Below, in pieces: positions 41,531 to 52,260 of a DNA stretch of 64,000 bases. A program made the position numbers and the translations under genes. Position 1 is the first letter of the stretch; every line of letters begins with the position of its first letter. Where the stretch lies: positions 62,001-126,000 of the IMG/VR virus record IMGVR_UViG_3300048591_000147; one strand, given 5' to 3'. Below the pieces are notes generated by a model that ran no database searches, was not told the DNA's origin, and saw only the letters and a list, made by a program, of their open reading frames with translations.

Positions 41531-42238
41531 ATGAACGTCAATGATCTGGTCCAGTTTGGTCTGAAGGGTAATTCCGCTGCTTCGGATGTCAATTTCATCA
41601 AGAAGAATGCGGATGTCGCGGAAGCGCTCTGCACGTTTTTCAACCTGACCGTGGAAGATGGTCAGCCCAAGATTCAGGCTGCACAGTACGCTGTCAACGA
41701 ATCCTACCGCAACAATGGTGATGATGCAGTCACCGTCGAAACGATTGCCGCAACGGTTCAGAGCAAGATGGAAACGTACCGCAGCAAGCTCCGCAAGCTG
41801 GTCGCTCCGGTTGTCACTCCCGAAGTCGTGGAAACTCCGGTGGAAGTGGTTGTGCCCGTCGAAGCCGCAGAAGTTCCCTCTGGTGAAGTCGCAGCGGAAG
41901 CAACGGTTGAACTGACCGAGTTCGATCCCGCTGCAAATGTTCCGAACGAAACTCCGGTTGTCAAGCGTGGTCGTGGTCGTCCGCGAAAAGATCCGAATGC
42001 TCCGGTGGTCGCGAAGGTCGCCAAGAATCCGGGTTCGGGCAAGGGTCGCCCCAAGCTGGCTGCTGGTCTGTCGCAGTATGACCGAGTTGTGACGTGGGTC
42101 AATGGTTCCAAGTTCGTCGGAATCGTGGACAAGGATCGCAATGCCGCTGCACTGGCTTGCGCTGTCGAGACTTCCATCCCGGTTGGTTCGATTCTGGTGT
42201 ACTTCTCCAAGGGCATCAAGGCTGGATTGTTCAGCTAA
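41531..42238 (+). CDS. AT-hook putative nucleoid/DNA-binding protein
   Basis: KRGRGRPRK AT-hook, acidic E/V/P/T linker, AAGGAG RBS. Confidence 0.75.
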   Translation: MNVNDLVQFGLKGNSAASDVNFIKKNADVAEALCTFFNLTVEDGQPKIQAAQYAVNESYRNNGDDAVTVETIAATVQSKMETYRSKLRKLVAPVVTPEVVETPVEVVVPVEAAEVPSGEVAAEATVELTEFDPAANVPNETPVVKRGRGRPRKDPNAPVVAKVAKNPGSGKGRPKLAAGLSQYDRVVTWVNGSKFVGIVDKDRNAAALACAVETSIPVGSILVYFSKGIKAGLFS

Positions 42239-42602
42239 GTAGTTGACAAGCGTCGATGGCTGGAGTAATCTAGCCATCGACGTATCAACAAACATTAATT
42301 AAATCAAGGAGTTACACCATGGCAGTCCGCGCAATTACAGTTTACGAAGCATCCGATGGCAAGAAGTTTGACACGCAAGAGAAGGCGCACGCATACGAAT
42401 TCGCCTCCACTCGAATCAACAACTTCCGGCGAATCCTCGCAAATCCCAACATCATCCGCGCCCCTGAAGGTCTTGCGGTTGACCTGTTCAACAGTCCAGC
42501 GATTCTCGAAGAATTGCGCGATGCTTGCAACAAGGGACTTGACTATCACCGTCGTTACGGGAAGCTCAAGGGTGTAACGCCAGCCAAGTAACAATAGTCG
42601 AG

Positions 42603-42684
42603 TAAGATGAACAAAGCCTGAATGACCTTCAGGCTTGTTCTTTACTTATAATCAATTATAGTGTAAAATGGGTGCGTGGTCGGA
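42603..42684 (+). repeat. long dispersed element copy (hairpin + promoter + G-rich core)
   Basis: First 34 bp identical to 48535-48568, then TTTACT-N17-TAAAAT-GGGTGCGTGGTCGGA. Confidence 0.9.
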
Positions 42685-42782
42685 ACAATAGTGGGATAAA
42701 TTCCGTCCCACTGAGAAATGTTTTCTGTTCAGCTACCATTCAGTCTAGTGTGATACCATATACTTAACAACTGGAGAACACC

Positions 42783-43094
42783 ATGACGTACAAACTGTTT
42801 CTGGATGACGAGCGATTCCCGCCAGAAGATGGTACGGTCTGGATCATCGTTCGTAACTATGCAGAATTTTTGAAGTGTATTGGCACCTATGGGATACCTT
42901 CGTTCATTTCGTTTGACCATGATCTTGGTGAAGGCAAGGATGGTTACGATTGTGCTACGTGGTTGGGTGACTTTTCCATTGACTGTGATCTTGACTTGCC
43001 TGATTTCTATGTGCATAGTCAGAATCCTATTGGCGCTGCTTCCATCAATGGATATCTGAATTGCCTCAAGAAGTTTCGAAAAGAGAACCGTTAA
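42783..43094 (+). CDS. cyclic-phosphate processing receiver-domain protein
   Basis: KLFLDDERFP, ISFDHDLG...GYD and VHSQNP.GA motifs. Confidence 0.75.
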   Translation: MTYKLFLDDERFPPEDGTVWIIVRNYAEFLKCIGTYGIPSFISFDHDLGEGKDGYDCATWLGDFSIDCDLDLPDFYVHSQNPIGAASINGYLNCLKKFRKENR

Positions 43095-44189
43095 GGTATT
43101 GTTCAGCTAGCATGTAGTATCATATCCTTAACAACTGGAGAACAGCATGGCCCGTTTGACTTACAGTGACATCGCGAACCTGCCGCAGAACCATCCTGAC
43201 TACATCCGTTTCATGAAGGAAAACAATGACTTGGATGATGCATATGCAAGCGCATCCGTTTTTGATTTCTTCTGTGAAGATGAAGATGAAGATTATGATG
43301 ATGAAGGGTCGTTGGAGCATTTTGACCGCTACATTGCAGGGGATCGGTAATGAGTCGCGTGTTTGACGACAGTATGGTGTATGATCACGGCGAAGTGATT
43401 TACCTGATTCTGGAGGCGGTCCAGTATTATTCTGGTGATTACATCATTGCAACGTTCTTGGATAAAGAGCTTGCGGAACGGTGGCTTGCCAAGTATAATG
43501 CAGACTTGTCGCATGCGCCCGGTTATTTGGCAACTCACTTTATCACAACGTCACAGCCGAAGGAATTTCCATCGTGAACGTCTACGAAGTCATCGAAGCA
43601 CGCTCCTACGTTCATCCTGAAAAGAATTACAAGGTTAGCATCTATGGTTGCCCACCTGTTGGTGATGGTTGGGAAGTCAAGACATGTGGTTACACAGTTT
43701 ACAACAATGAACGTGGAACCGTTGGCATTGGTCGTGTACCATGGACGAATCGTGAAGATGCGCAGAAGTGGGTTGATGCTGAGCATGCACGGTTGAGTGC
43801 TATCAGGAATCGAAAATGAACATAGAGACAACGGAACGTGGTTTTGGTATCGTGAGGTTCCAAGATGCATATGGTTACAAATGTAGTCTGCAAGAATCTT
43901 CATGTAGTGAAAAGCGCCTTTGGTTTGGTGTGAGTGGTGCTGGCGCAACTGCACAGATATTGGCGCCTGACGCCCGTGCACTGGGAATCCCCACTCATAT
44001 GGCTCTTGGGTGGATTCCATACCATATCCCAAAGGAAGTGATGTTGCATGATCGTATGCTGCTTTCACGGGAACAAGTCAAGGAACTGTTGCCCCTCTTG
44101 CGGTATTTTGTAAAGACTGGCAGGCTGCCTGATCCACCAGAAGAGGAAGTTGTTCAGTAACGGTTCAGCTTCACAATGATAGAATGGTT

Positions 44190-44460
44190 TTGCTGAGTTG
44201 GGACAGATATCCCAATAGTCCCTCAGAACTGGTCTGGGTATGTCGTAGGGATCGTTGCCTAACTACGAAAGAAGCTGCAACGGATGTAGCCACGGTGTAG
44301 ACTGAAATATCGCGGAGCATCCATATTGATGGCGTTCAGTCGGGGGAGTGGAGGCGAAAGCCGTGGAAGCATTGATCCCGCCAAGTTTCGTGTGACTTAT
44401 ACACGATAGATGATCTACCATCGAAAATTTGAGAGCAAGACCCTCCCGGTAGATCGGGAG
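44190..44460 (+). ncRNA. candidate ~270-nt structured RNA
   Basis: Own tandem-TTCAG promoter (-10 at 44180); no RBS-led ORF; dense nested helices. Confidence 0.55.
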
Positions 44461-44782
44461 ACAAATTCAGGAACCATTCAGGTTAGTAATGATAGAATGG
44501 TTTCAACAAATGAGGAAGAGATACCGTAACTTAGATTGTCACCCTCCGGTTGGGTTAACGATGGTTCGATTCCATCTGACAATGTAAGCGCCCACGGGTA
44601 TATGTCTAACGAGGCTCGGACATACCATTTCAGTGCGATGTGACCGTTACACAAAGGTAAGAGAGTTTGGTGAGATTACACCATTCAGGTATGTCTAGTC
44701 ATGCCCCATCGCCCAATTACACTAGGTAAGCCATGGCCATGGTGAAGCCTACACGTAGAGTCATGATCTATGTGGTGTTGCG

Positions 44783-44855
44783 TCCAGATTCTTCTAGTGG
44801 TTAGGAAAGGCCCCCGATTGCGGGCTTAACACAGGTTCGAATCCTGTATCTGGAC
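44783..44855 (+). tRNA. tRNA-like element with 8-nt anticodon loop and no encoded CCA
   Basis: TCCAGAT/ATCTGGA acceptor, AGTGGTT D loop, ACAGG-TTCGAAT-CCTGT T arm. Confidence 0.55.
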
Positions 44856-45215
44856 TAAGTTCTTCAATCAAATCAAGAGGTTATCGTGAAAATTTTTCTG
44901 CAAATATTCTCTGCCGTACTACTGATAATTGCGATAACCGCAGTGAACAAAGCGTTACAGTCGCCTATGAATGGTATGCCTTTTGTAGCTGGTGCATGTG
45001 TCACAGCATTCATCGAAGTATTCCGCGCCTATTGCAGGAAGGATTAACATGAACGTCATCCGCTCAAACCTTGAAACATATTTTTACATGGCTCTGCAAA
45101 CTTCGCGGGAAGTTGATCAACGGATTGGCGAAAACTTCAAGTCCATTCAGACAGCAGCAATCGAAGATACACTGAAAGCCGTCCAAGATGGCGAACAACT
45201 GTGGATTGTAGAATA

Positions 45216-45794
45216 ATGTATCGCTATAATCAAACATTCATTCAACGGTACTGGGGCTGGAGCATCCCGATTGCTCTAGCCTTGGTGTTTACATATTTTG
45301 CATGGCCTCGCCAACATGTGGCTGAGATCATTGGTATTGAATGGACTCGATATTATCAAATTCAGATTCTCAAGACTGTAACTCATTATAACGATGAATC
45401 TCCACCAAGTGGTGCCAGAATTTTCAATGAAGATTCATCGTATGAATGTAGTGGCGAAGGTAAAGATGAAGAGTGTGAATGGGAGACAGAATACGATTAT
45501 GAGATCGAAGAGTATGTAAACAATCGTGTAGTAGCTGCGAATGCTATCTATCCTGTTCATCCATACTGGCCCAAGTACACGCTCAGTGGCCCTAGTGGAG
45601 AGCCATATGGCGTAGGTCATGAAGTTATAGGAAGTGCTGTAGAACGCTACACGCTCACGTTTAAGACCAAGGATGGAACCATCTACACGGATGATCTACC
45701 AATGGCAGAATGGATGCTTTACATACCACATCAAGTGGTGTATCTTACCATATCTCTTGGAAGTGTTGTAAAAATACGACAACTGGAAAGCTAA
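45216..45794 (+). CDS. membrane-anchored hypothetical protein
   Basis: N-terminal transmembrane segment and an acidic Cys-containing loop. Confidence 0.7.
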   Translation: MYRYNQTFIQRYWGWSIPIALALVFTYFAWPRQHVAEIIGIEWTRYYQIQILKTVTHYNDESPPSGARIFNEDSSYECSGEGKDEECEWETEYDYEIEEYVNNRVVAANAIYPVHPYWPKYTLSGPSGEPYGVGHEVIGSAVERYTLTFKTKDGTIYTDDLPMAEWMLYIPHQVVYLTISLGSVVKIRQLES

Positions 45795-46637
45795 TATGAG
45801 TCATGATAAGAAAGTCAAGGAACATCTAATTGCGCGAATGAAACAGTGTGAACTGTACGCGCTCCATTGGATGCATAGTGCTAGCAATGGTACATGCTTG
45901 AATCGTACCATGTATCGCTATAACGATGCTGGTGAAGAAGTCCTATTGACTCCCGATGAACTTCGTCAGGATGCCATGCGTACATCACAACGTCACATTG
46001 AGAATTTTAACCAAGCCATGGATGATCTCATGGGTTTGCCTGATGAAGCATTCAGCTAGCGTTCAGGTGACTATGGTATAGTTACTATACACAAACGGGG
46101 GTCACCATGAAAAACTACAAGATCACACTTGAAGATAAATTTCTGGTGACGGATGAAAAGTCAACCTCCAATTTCATTTGGGCTCTGACTGGTGGTGGCA
46201 TGTCAAAGGCAGCAACCATCAGAGCACTGAACGCATCGCGCGTACTGGACAATGATGGTCGATTGGAACTGAAGACCAAGGATGGCAAGATCGTCCTGTT
46301 CGAAACCATTCCGAAGTAAATCAAATGGATATGCACGATACAATTTTTGAGCTTGGAGAAAAATGTAAGTCATTACATGGACAACTTCGTGAATTGGGCG
46401 TGTCATCATTTGATACACCCGAAAAATTCCATGTGTATTGTATCCTGAATGCTGCATGGATTTGGACTGCATCCTATCACAGGCTATGCGAATATGGTAT
46501 AACTGATGAGATTGAAGAATCACTTGATGACGCTGAAAGATATCTGAATAAGATTAGAAGGACATAACTTAACGATTCTTCAAGTCAAAAGTCAATGGGG
46601 GCCTAGCTTCCGTTGACTGTTTCTTTACGATACTTCC

Positions 46638-46685
46638 CCGACCACGCACCCATTTTAACATAACTATTCTGAACGATAGCTGAAT
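46638..46685 (-). repeat. dispersed element copy (minus strand)
   Basis: Reverse complement ttcag-ctatcg-ttcag-N11-taaaat-gggtgcgtggtcgg. Confidence 0.88.
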
Positions 46686-47063
46686 GGAGAGCGCCCTGTT
46701 CGGTATATGCAACTCCGACAAACGCTCCCCATTCATTTTGTTACAAACTGACCTTGGCGTCAGCGGGCCATCCCAGATTGGTAGGAAACTTCACCTTTTT
46801 CGCCCCCACTTTCTCTCTTGGGCAGGGGTTGCCCACAACCTGTATCGTAGGTTGCTATCGCTACGGGCTATGGCCATCAGATACAACTCATTATACGAGT
46901 CCTTTGCCTTCTGGCTGCTGTGCTTTAGTGTGGAGCCAGTATGACACCGTGATACTGAACGAACCATGAATAGATTGTATTATCGCTCGTTACATTCTAT
47001 TCAGCAATGATTCAGTTAAGATGTCCCATAATGGATACACACTAAAGCAACGGAGCAAGCGTC

Positions 47064-47939
47064 ATGAGCAAGGTTCATCAGATTCTGACTGACAAAGTGC
47101 TGGCCATGATTGACGGTGGTGTTGCCCCTTGGAAGCGTCCTTGGCGCGCTGCTGGCCGTCCGCGCAACATTCGTGGCACCAACTATCATGGCATCAACTA
47201 TTTCATGCTGTCGATGGTTGCTGAAATGAATGGCTGGTCGAATGTGTGGATGACGTTCAATCAGATCAAGGAAAAGGGTGGCACGATCAAAGAAGATCAG
47301 AAGAAGAATGGAACGTGTGCATACTTCTTCAAGATGCTGGAACGTGAGAATGCCATCACTGGCGATATGGAAAACAGCCACCCGATTTTCCGATTCTTTC
47401 TGGTCTTCAATCTGGATCAGGTTGACGGAATCATCGTCAAAGGGGTGAATGATCAGACTGGCACTGTGCATGCTGAATTGCCCGCTCCGCAGAGCATCGT
47501 GGATGGCTACCAGAATGCGCCTGAGATTCGTTTCGGTGGTGGTGCGGCATACTACCAGCCTGTAACCGATAAGGTCACCATGCCGCTTCTGAGTGCATTC
47601 CATACAGCGGAACAGTACTATGCCACCATGTTCCACGAATTGGCGCACAGCACTGGTCATCTGACTCGCTTGAACCGCAAGGAAATCATGGACCCGGTTG
47701 GATATGCGTCACATGAATACTCGCTTGAAGAATTGGTTGCTGAGCTTACCAGTGTCTACTTGTGTGATGAATGTGGTATCACGAATAATCGCACGCTGGA
47801 AAACTCTGCTGCATACCTTGCAAACTGGTACAGCGCACTGAAGAATGATCCGAAAATGTTCGCCACTGCTGCCGCGCGAGCACAGAAAGCCGCAACGCAT
47901 ATCCTTGGCAAGGTCGAGGATGCTGCGCAAGAGGATTGA
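47064..47939 (+). CDS. ardC: ArdC-like antirestriction / ssDNA-binding protein
   Basis: PWKRPW, Y.GIN, W.TFNQ, FLVFN.DQ and HELAHSTGH...EELVAEL zincin motif. Confidence 0.85.
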   Translation: MSKVHQILTDKVLAMIDGGVAPWKRPWRAAGRPRNIRGTNYHGINYFMLSMVAEMNGWSNVWMTFNQIKEKGGTIKEDQKKNGTCAYFFKMLERENAITGDMENSHPIFRFFLVFNLDQVDGIIVKGVNDQTGTVHAELPAPQSIVDGYQNAPEIRFGGGAAYYQPVTDKVTMPLLSAFHTAEQYYATMFHELAHSTGHLTRLNRKEIMDPVGYASHEYSLEELVAELTSVYLCDECGITNNRTLENSAAYLANWYSALKNDPKMFATAAARAQKAATHILGKVEDAAQED

Positions 47940-48534
47940 TTCAGAATCCATTCATCTAGTGTGTAGTATCATAGCTACACACTAGAGCAAACGGAGAACG
48001 AAATGTCCGATGAACAGGTTCTGGCAGTGCTGGCACGAATGGCTGAAGACGCTGGCGATTATGCGGAAGCTGATCGCCTTCGCGAACCCTCCTACGATCA
48101 ATCAAAGGAAGTGTGATGAACCTTCCCACCAACATCCAGAATTTGATTGCCACTGCCCTCCCGGTTGACCCCGGAAACTACAACAATTCGATTGAAGCAT
48201 ATGACGGTGGTTATCGCGATGCGATGGAATCAATCGCCATGGCGTTGACTGGCACCATTCCAGAAGGATTGTTGTTGGATGCGGTGAATGCTGCACTGGA
48301 CGCATTCGCCAACAATTGTGCTGATGGTGATTTCGAGGATGATGGCCAGCCATCTGAACAGCAAGAATGGCGCGATTACGATCCTGACTGTTAAGCTGGC
48401 ATTCAGGTAGGTAGCGTATAATACAATACATCAACCAAGAGGGGAACGTCATGCAGGAAACAGAAGATCTGTGGGAAGCTGAATGGAACGCTTGGATGGA
48501 ATCGCAGGAAGATGAAGAGTTGGACTGCTGTCTG

Positions 48535-48615
48535 TAAGATGAACAAAGCCTGAATGACCTTCAGGCTTTTTCTTTACTTGTAATCAATTACATGCTAAAA
48601 TGGGTGCGTGGTCGG
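48535..48615 (+). repeat. long dispersed element copy upstream of the tail-fibre-like cassette
   Basis: Near-identical to 42603-42684. Confidence 0.9.
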
Positions 48616-48661
48616 GGAAAACTCCTTTAAGATAAATAGATAGAAAAGGAGTTTTACAAAA

Positions 48662-49213
48662 ATGGCAAATACAAAGATTAGTGCGTTACCTGCTGCGACC
48701 AACCTGACAAGTGCTGAGTTACCTATAGCACAAGGTGGTGTCACTAAGAAGATTTCAGCCGCAGACCTTAACACACATATTCAAACTACGCTTGTTTCTA
48801 CTACTATAAGTCTAGGTGTGGTAGAATTAGCAACAACGGCTGAAGTTAGCGCTGGAACAGACACTGCTCGCGTATTGACTCCAGACACATACAGAAATGC
48901 TATTCCCTATTACATTAGCAGAAGCACATCCTACAATCTAGCGCTTACTGACAGAAACACTGACCAATGGTGTACTGCTGCTCTTACTGCCAACATCCCC
49001 GCAGAGAGTGGTGTAGCATTTGACATTGGCACTTCAATACCATTTCTTCGCATAGGTTCTGGTACTGTTACTATTGACGCCAACGGTGCAGTAACTTTGA
49101 ATGGTGTGCTTGGTGGTTCCTGTACCATACGCACACAATATCAAGGTGCCCTGTTAAAGAAAATCGGCAACGATAATTGGGTGATCAGTGGTGACGTGAG
49201 TGCTGTTGTATGA
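48662..49213 (+). CDS. tail-fibre-like structural protein
   Basis: TKISALPAAT start, GVVELATTAEV..GTDT.R.LTP repeat, Y....L.K...D.W...GD end; GATAAATA at 48631. Confidence 0.7.
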   Translation: MANTKISALPAATNLTSAELPIAQGGVTKKISAADLNTHIQTTLVSTTISLGVVELATTAEVSAGTDTARVLTPDTYRNAIPYYISRSTSYNLALTDRNTDQWCTAALTANIPAESGVAFDIGTSIPFLRIGSGTVTIDANGAVTLNGVLGGSCTIRTQYQGALLKKIGNDNWVISGDVSAVV

Positions 49214-49956
49214 ATAATTCTCAATACTATACTACAAGGCGCAATAAACTTGGTATTTTTATGATGGAGGAATTGTATACTGGTACAAGCACTTCATCTA
49301 TTCCAAATTATGAAGGATATACCCTATCATTCACTACGGCGCCAGCAGTAGGTCAATTGATAGTATTAACCACTCACTCAAGAAATTTCAATGTGGTTGG
49401 TGGTGTTGGTCCTGCGCCAACAATAGGCGGTCAACCTTTCCTATTAGCCGCTAGGGGTGGAACATATGGCGCTATCAGCCCCGGTGCAAGATCATACATG
49501 GCTGAGATATGGTATAGAACTGCAACTGCTGCTGATGCTGCAAATTCGTATACCGTATATTTCTGGGCGGATGGTGTCAATATGCTATCAGCTACAAAAT
49601 TCTCTGGTGGTACATATTGGGGTACACCAGAAGACCCAAACGTAACACCTGATTCAACATATGCTAATAGAGCGGCTACTGGTTCGACTTCTACCATTAT
49701 TGCTGGTGCGACTGGCGTCAATGTGTCTACAGGTGGTTTTGTTATTGCCGCTGGTGCAAGATTCACAAGTACATCCACGCCAACAGTCAACAATTCATTT
49801 TCATTAACATCACAGTCTTATAGTGAAGCAAGTTTTGGCGCGTTCCATGTTGCACGTAGAGATAACTATGACGCTGCGGCAGTCGCACAGAATACGACAT
49901 TCTCCTATAGTGGAAATGACTACATGGCATCTGCAATAGCAGCATTCAATCCTTGA
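49210..49956 (+). CDS. T/A/S/G-rich beta-strand protein, putative virion or receptor-binding component
   Basis: 248 aa with composition typical of fibre domains; ATGA-coupled to the preceding ORF. Confidence 0.6.
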   Translation: MNNSQYYTTRRNKLGIFMMEELYTGTSTSSIPNYEGYTLSFTTAPAVGQLIVLTTHSRNFNVVGGVGPAPTIGGQPFLLAARGGTYGAISPGARSYMAEIWYRTATAADAANSYTVYFWADGVNMLSATKFSGGTYWGTPEDPNVTPDSTYANRAATGSTSTIIAGATGVNVSTGGFVIAAGARFTSTSTPTVNNSFSLTSQSYSEASFGAFHVARRDNYDAAAVAQNTTFSYSGNDYMASAIAAFNP

Positions 49957-50003
49957 CCGACCACGCACCCATTTTAACATACTCATCCTGAATGAAATCT
50001 GAA
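49957..50003 (-). repeat. dispersed element copy (minus strand) abutting the stop codon at 49956
   Basis: TGA followed directly by CCGACCACGCACCC-ATTTTA, then two CTGAA boxes. Confidence 0.9.
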
Positions 50004-50022
50004 CGTAATTTATTGATTACGT

Positions 50023-50217
50023 TCAGAATTTCAATTTGGATTCATAGATAGCTTCTTCAACCTTGGCTGCTTCGGTAGCTTTCTCAAGCGTATACCATTC
50101 CGATTTTGGCTTGATAGGAATATCAAATGCTGAAAACACTCCCCACATATCTTGTTCTTCAAGGTATGCAACGAAGTGATTTGATAGTTGAAACGCCGCT
50201 TTAGATTCTCCACTCAT
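50023..50217 (-). CDS. small hypothetical protein with a ~260-nt structured leader
   Basis: GGAG RBS; TTGCAA-N17-TATAGT promoter at about 50520-50492 (minus strand). Confidence 0.65.
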   Translation of the reverse strand: MSGESKAAFQLSNHFVAYLEEQDMWGVFSAFDIPIKPKSEWYTLEKATEAAKVEEAIYESKLKF

Positions 50218-50609
50218 AATATTCTCCAATAGAATCGCCCCACCCGGTTGACTAGACACGGATGGGGCAGCCCTGTAGCAATATTTATCAAGGGACTTTT
50301 TGTCGAAGGATTCGTCCCAGTCTTTCTACCTTGCAGCCGACTTTAGGGGCGCTGCTAACCTTCCGGCTTTACCGTTACCTATATGAGGGCCAAGTCATGT
50401 CTTAGGTTCTCTCTAATGCGTCCGTAGACTAATTTGATGCTCTGACCATCTCCGTTTCGATGGGGTTGTTGTTACCCCGTCGATGGATTGAACTATAGAC
50501 CCATCAATTGATTATTGCAACGACTATTTTGTAACAAGTTATGTTGCATTTCATTCAGCTATGATTCATGTTCATGCTGTAGAATTGATCATAACAACTG
50601 GAGAGACAA

Positions 50610-50846
50610 ATGAAAAAGATCATGTTGGCCCTGTGTGTGGGCCTGTTGCTTGGCGGATGTGATGCAACCACAACTGAAGTTCATGGCTTTATCCTACCAG
50701 AAGGTCTGAAAGACTGTAAGATCTACCGACTGCGAGATGGCATTAGCCACATCACTGTCACCCGATGCCCGAATTCCTCCACATCCACACAGTATCAGAC
50801 GGGTAAGACTACCAGTAGCTCAACGCTTGTGGAAGATTCTCCGTGA
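50610..50846 (+). CDS. small lipoprotein
   Basis: LGG-C lipobox; TTCAG-type promoter and TAACAACTGGAG leader. Confidence 0.7.
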   Translation: MKKIMLALCVGLLLGGCDATTTEVHGFILPEGLKDCKIYRLRDGISHITVTRCPNSSTSTQYQTGKTTSSSTLVEDSP

Positions 50847-52260
50847 GCAAATTCAAGGAAATGCCTGTTGCAACGTGGACCACAGTTGTGGCATCATACG
50901 TCTACTGTCTGTTGACAGCTATCTAAACCTCTATCAACCAAGGAACTCCAATGGGCTATTACATCGAAACAAACAGTAACAAGAACAAGGCGCAGTACAT
51001 CGCTGCCAATCATGGTGGCAAGATTGTCAGCCGTCAAGAGCTTCTGGCTGCTGACGTGAACGCCAATGGTCTGGTCGTTGTTGTCAACAATGGCTTTTTC
51101 GAGGCTGCTGCATTCTGCTTCAGTGATCGCGAACGTCAGGAATTCACTGATCTGAACGATCATCGCCCGAAGCAGTATGTGATCATGGACCGCAAGCTCG
51201 CTGAACAGTTGACCGGATACCGCTAAACAATCCATTCAGCTACGGTTCAGGCTTCGCACTATATAATATTATCCATAGTCAAGGAGAATATTAGATATGC
51301 GAAGCCTGATTGCTGTTCTGATCTTCACCCTGTGCGCCAGCGCGAATGCTGCCACAGTAACAATCGTTGATTTTTCAAAGACTTACGAGCATCAATTTTC
51401 GAATTGCTCAATCAATCTGTATAACACAGAATTTCTATATGCTTCTTGTGAACGATACGCTGCGCCATTCGCCAGTGCATCAGCATCAGATTGGTCGTCA
51501 CCACTGTTCGATGAGATTGGTATCAATGGTGTTTACTGGCATGGCTGCAAGCTGACTGGCGATCCTTCGCTGTCAATTCGCTTTGAATGTAATGTTCCAG
51601 TATCGCCCATGGAATTTGAAGTTGTCGATGAATATAACAATCCTGTTCAGGATTGGTTCAGGTTCTATCGTCCATACTATGGTCCATACACTCACTGATC
51701 GGGAAGACGCCATGAATAACCTGAATGAGTACATCCGCACCAAGAACTTCCGCCTCAAGATGTTTGGTCAGGCTTGCTTGGAACTTCCGAAGGATGCCAA
51801 GAAGATCATGGAGATGCTGGATTCGGATATGTCGCCTGAGAATGTTTCGTGTGATGGTGAACTCAGTCGCGCCGAAGTGGCTCGCAAGATGAAGTTTTTC
51901 AAGAGTGTGGAACAGGAACTCGGGGCATACCAATGATGAGAGTCATAACAGCAGTTGGATTTTGCAGATACAAAGGCTGGCTCGTATCTTTCTCTGATAA
52001 TGCGCCAGTGACTGGACGGTGGAGCGCTACCAAGTATGGTATCAGCATATGTAACACAACCGAGGATGGTTTGAAGCAAATGATTGATATCAATGTCCAT
52101 GACAAATGGCATGCAACCGCTCACCTTCCACGATAGTCTGAACGGGAACGGCTAGGTCTGTAAACCTAACACAATGGGAGAAGTGACTCCCCATCAGAGT
52201 GATGGTCTATCTGGTAAGGATAGACAGGCCGGGTATAAACCGGGTTCCTTATTACCTCTT

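Noticed and set aside
44240-44345. Group I intron or hammerhead core within the 270-nt RNA
   Set aside because: GACTG/CAGTC resembles P7, but there are no flanking exons, no convincing P4-P6 and no CUGAUGA/GAAA core
52137-52200. Possible degenerate tRNA after the ORF ending at 52136
   Set aside because: Only an anticodon-like hairpin (TAGGT/ACCTA); no canonical D or T loop and no CCA
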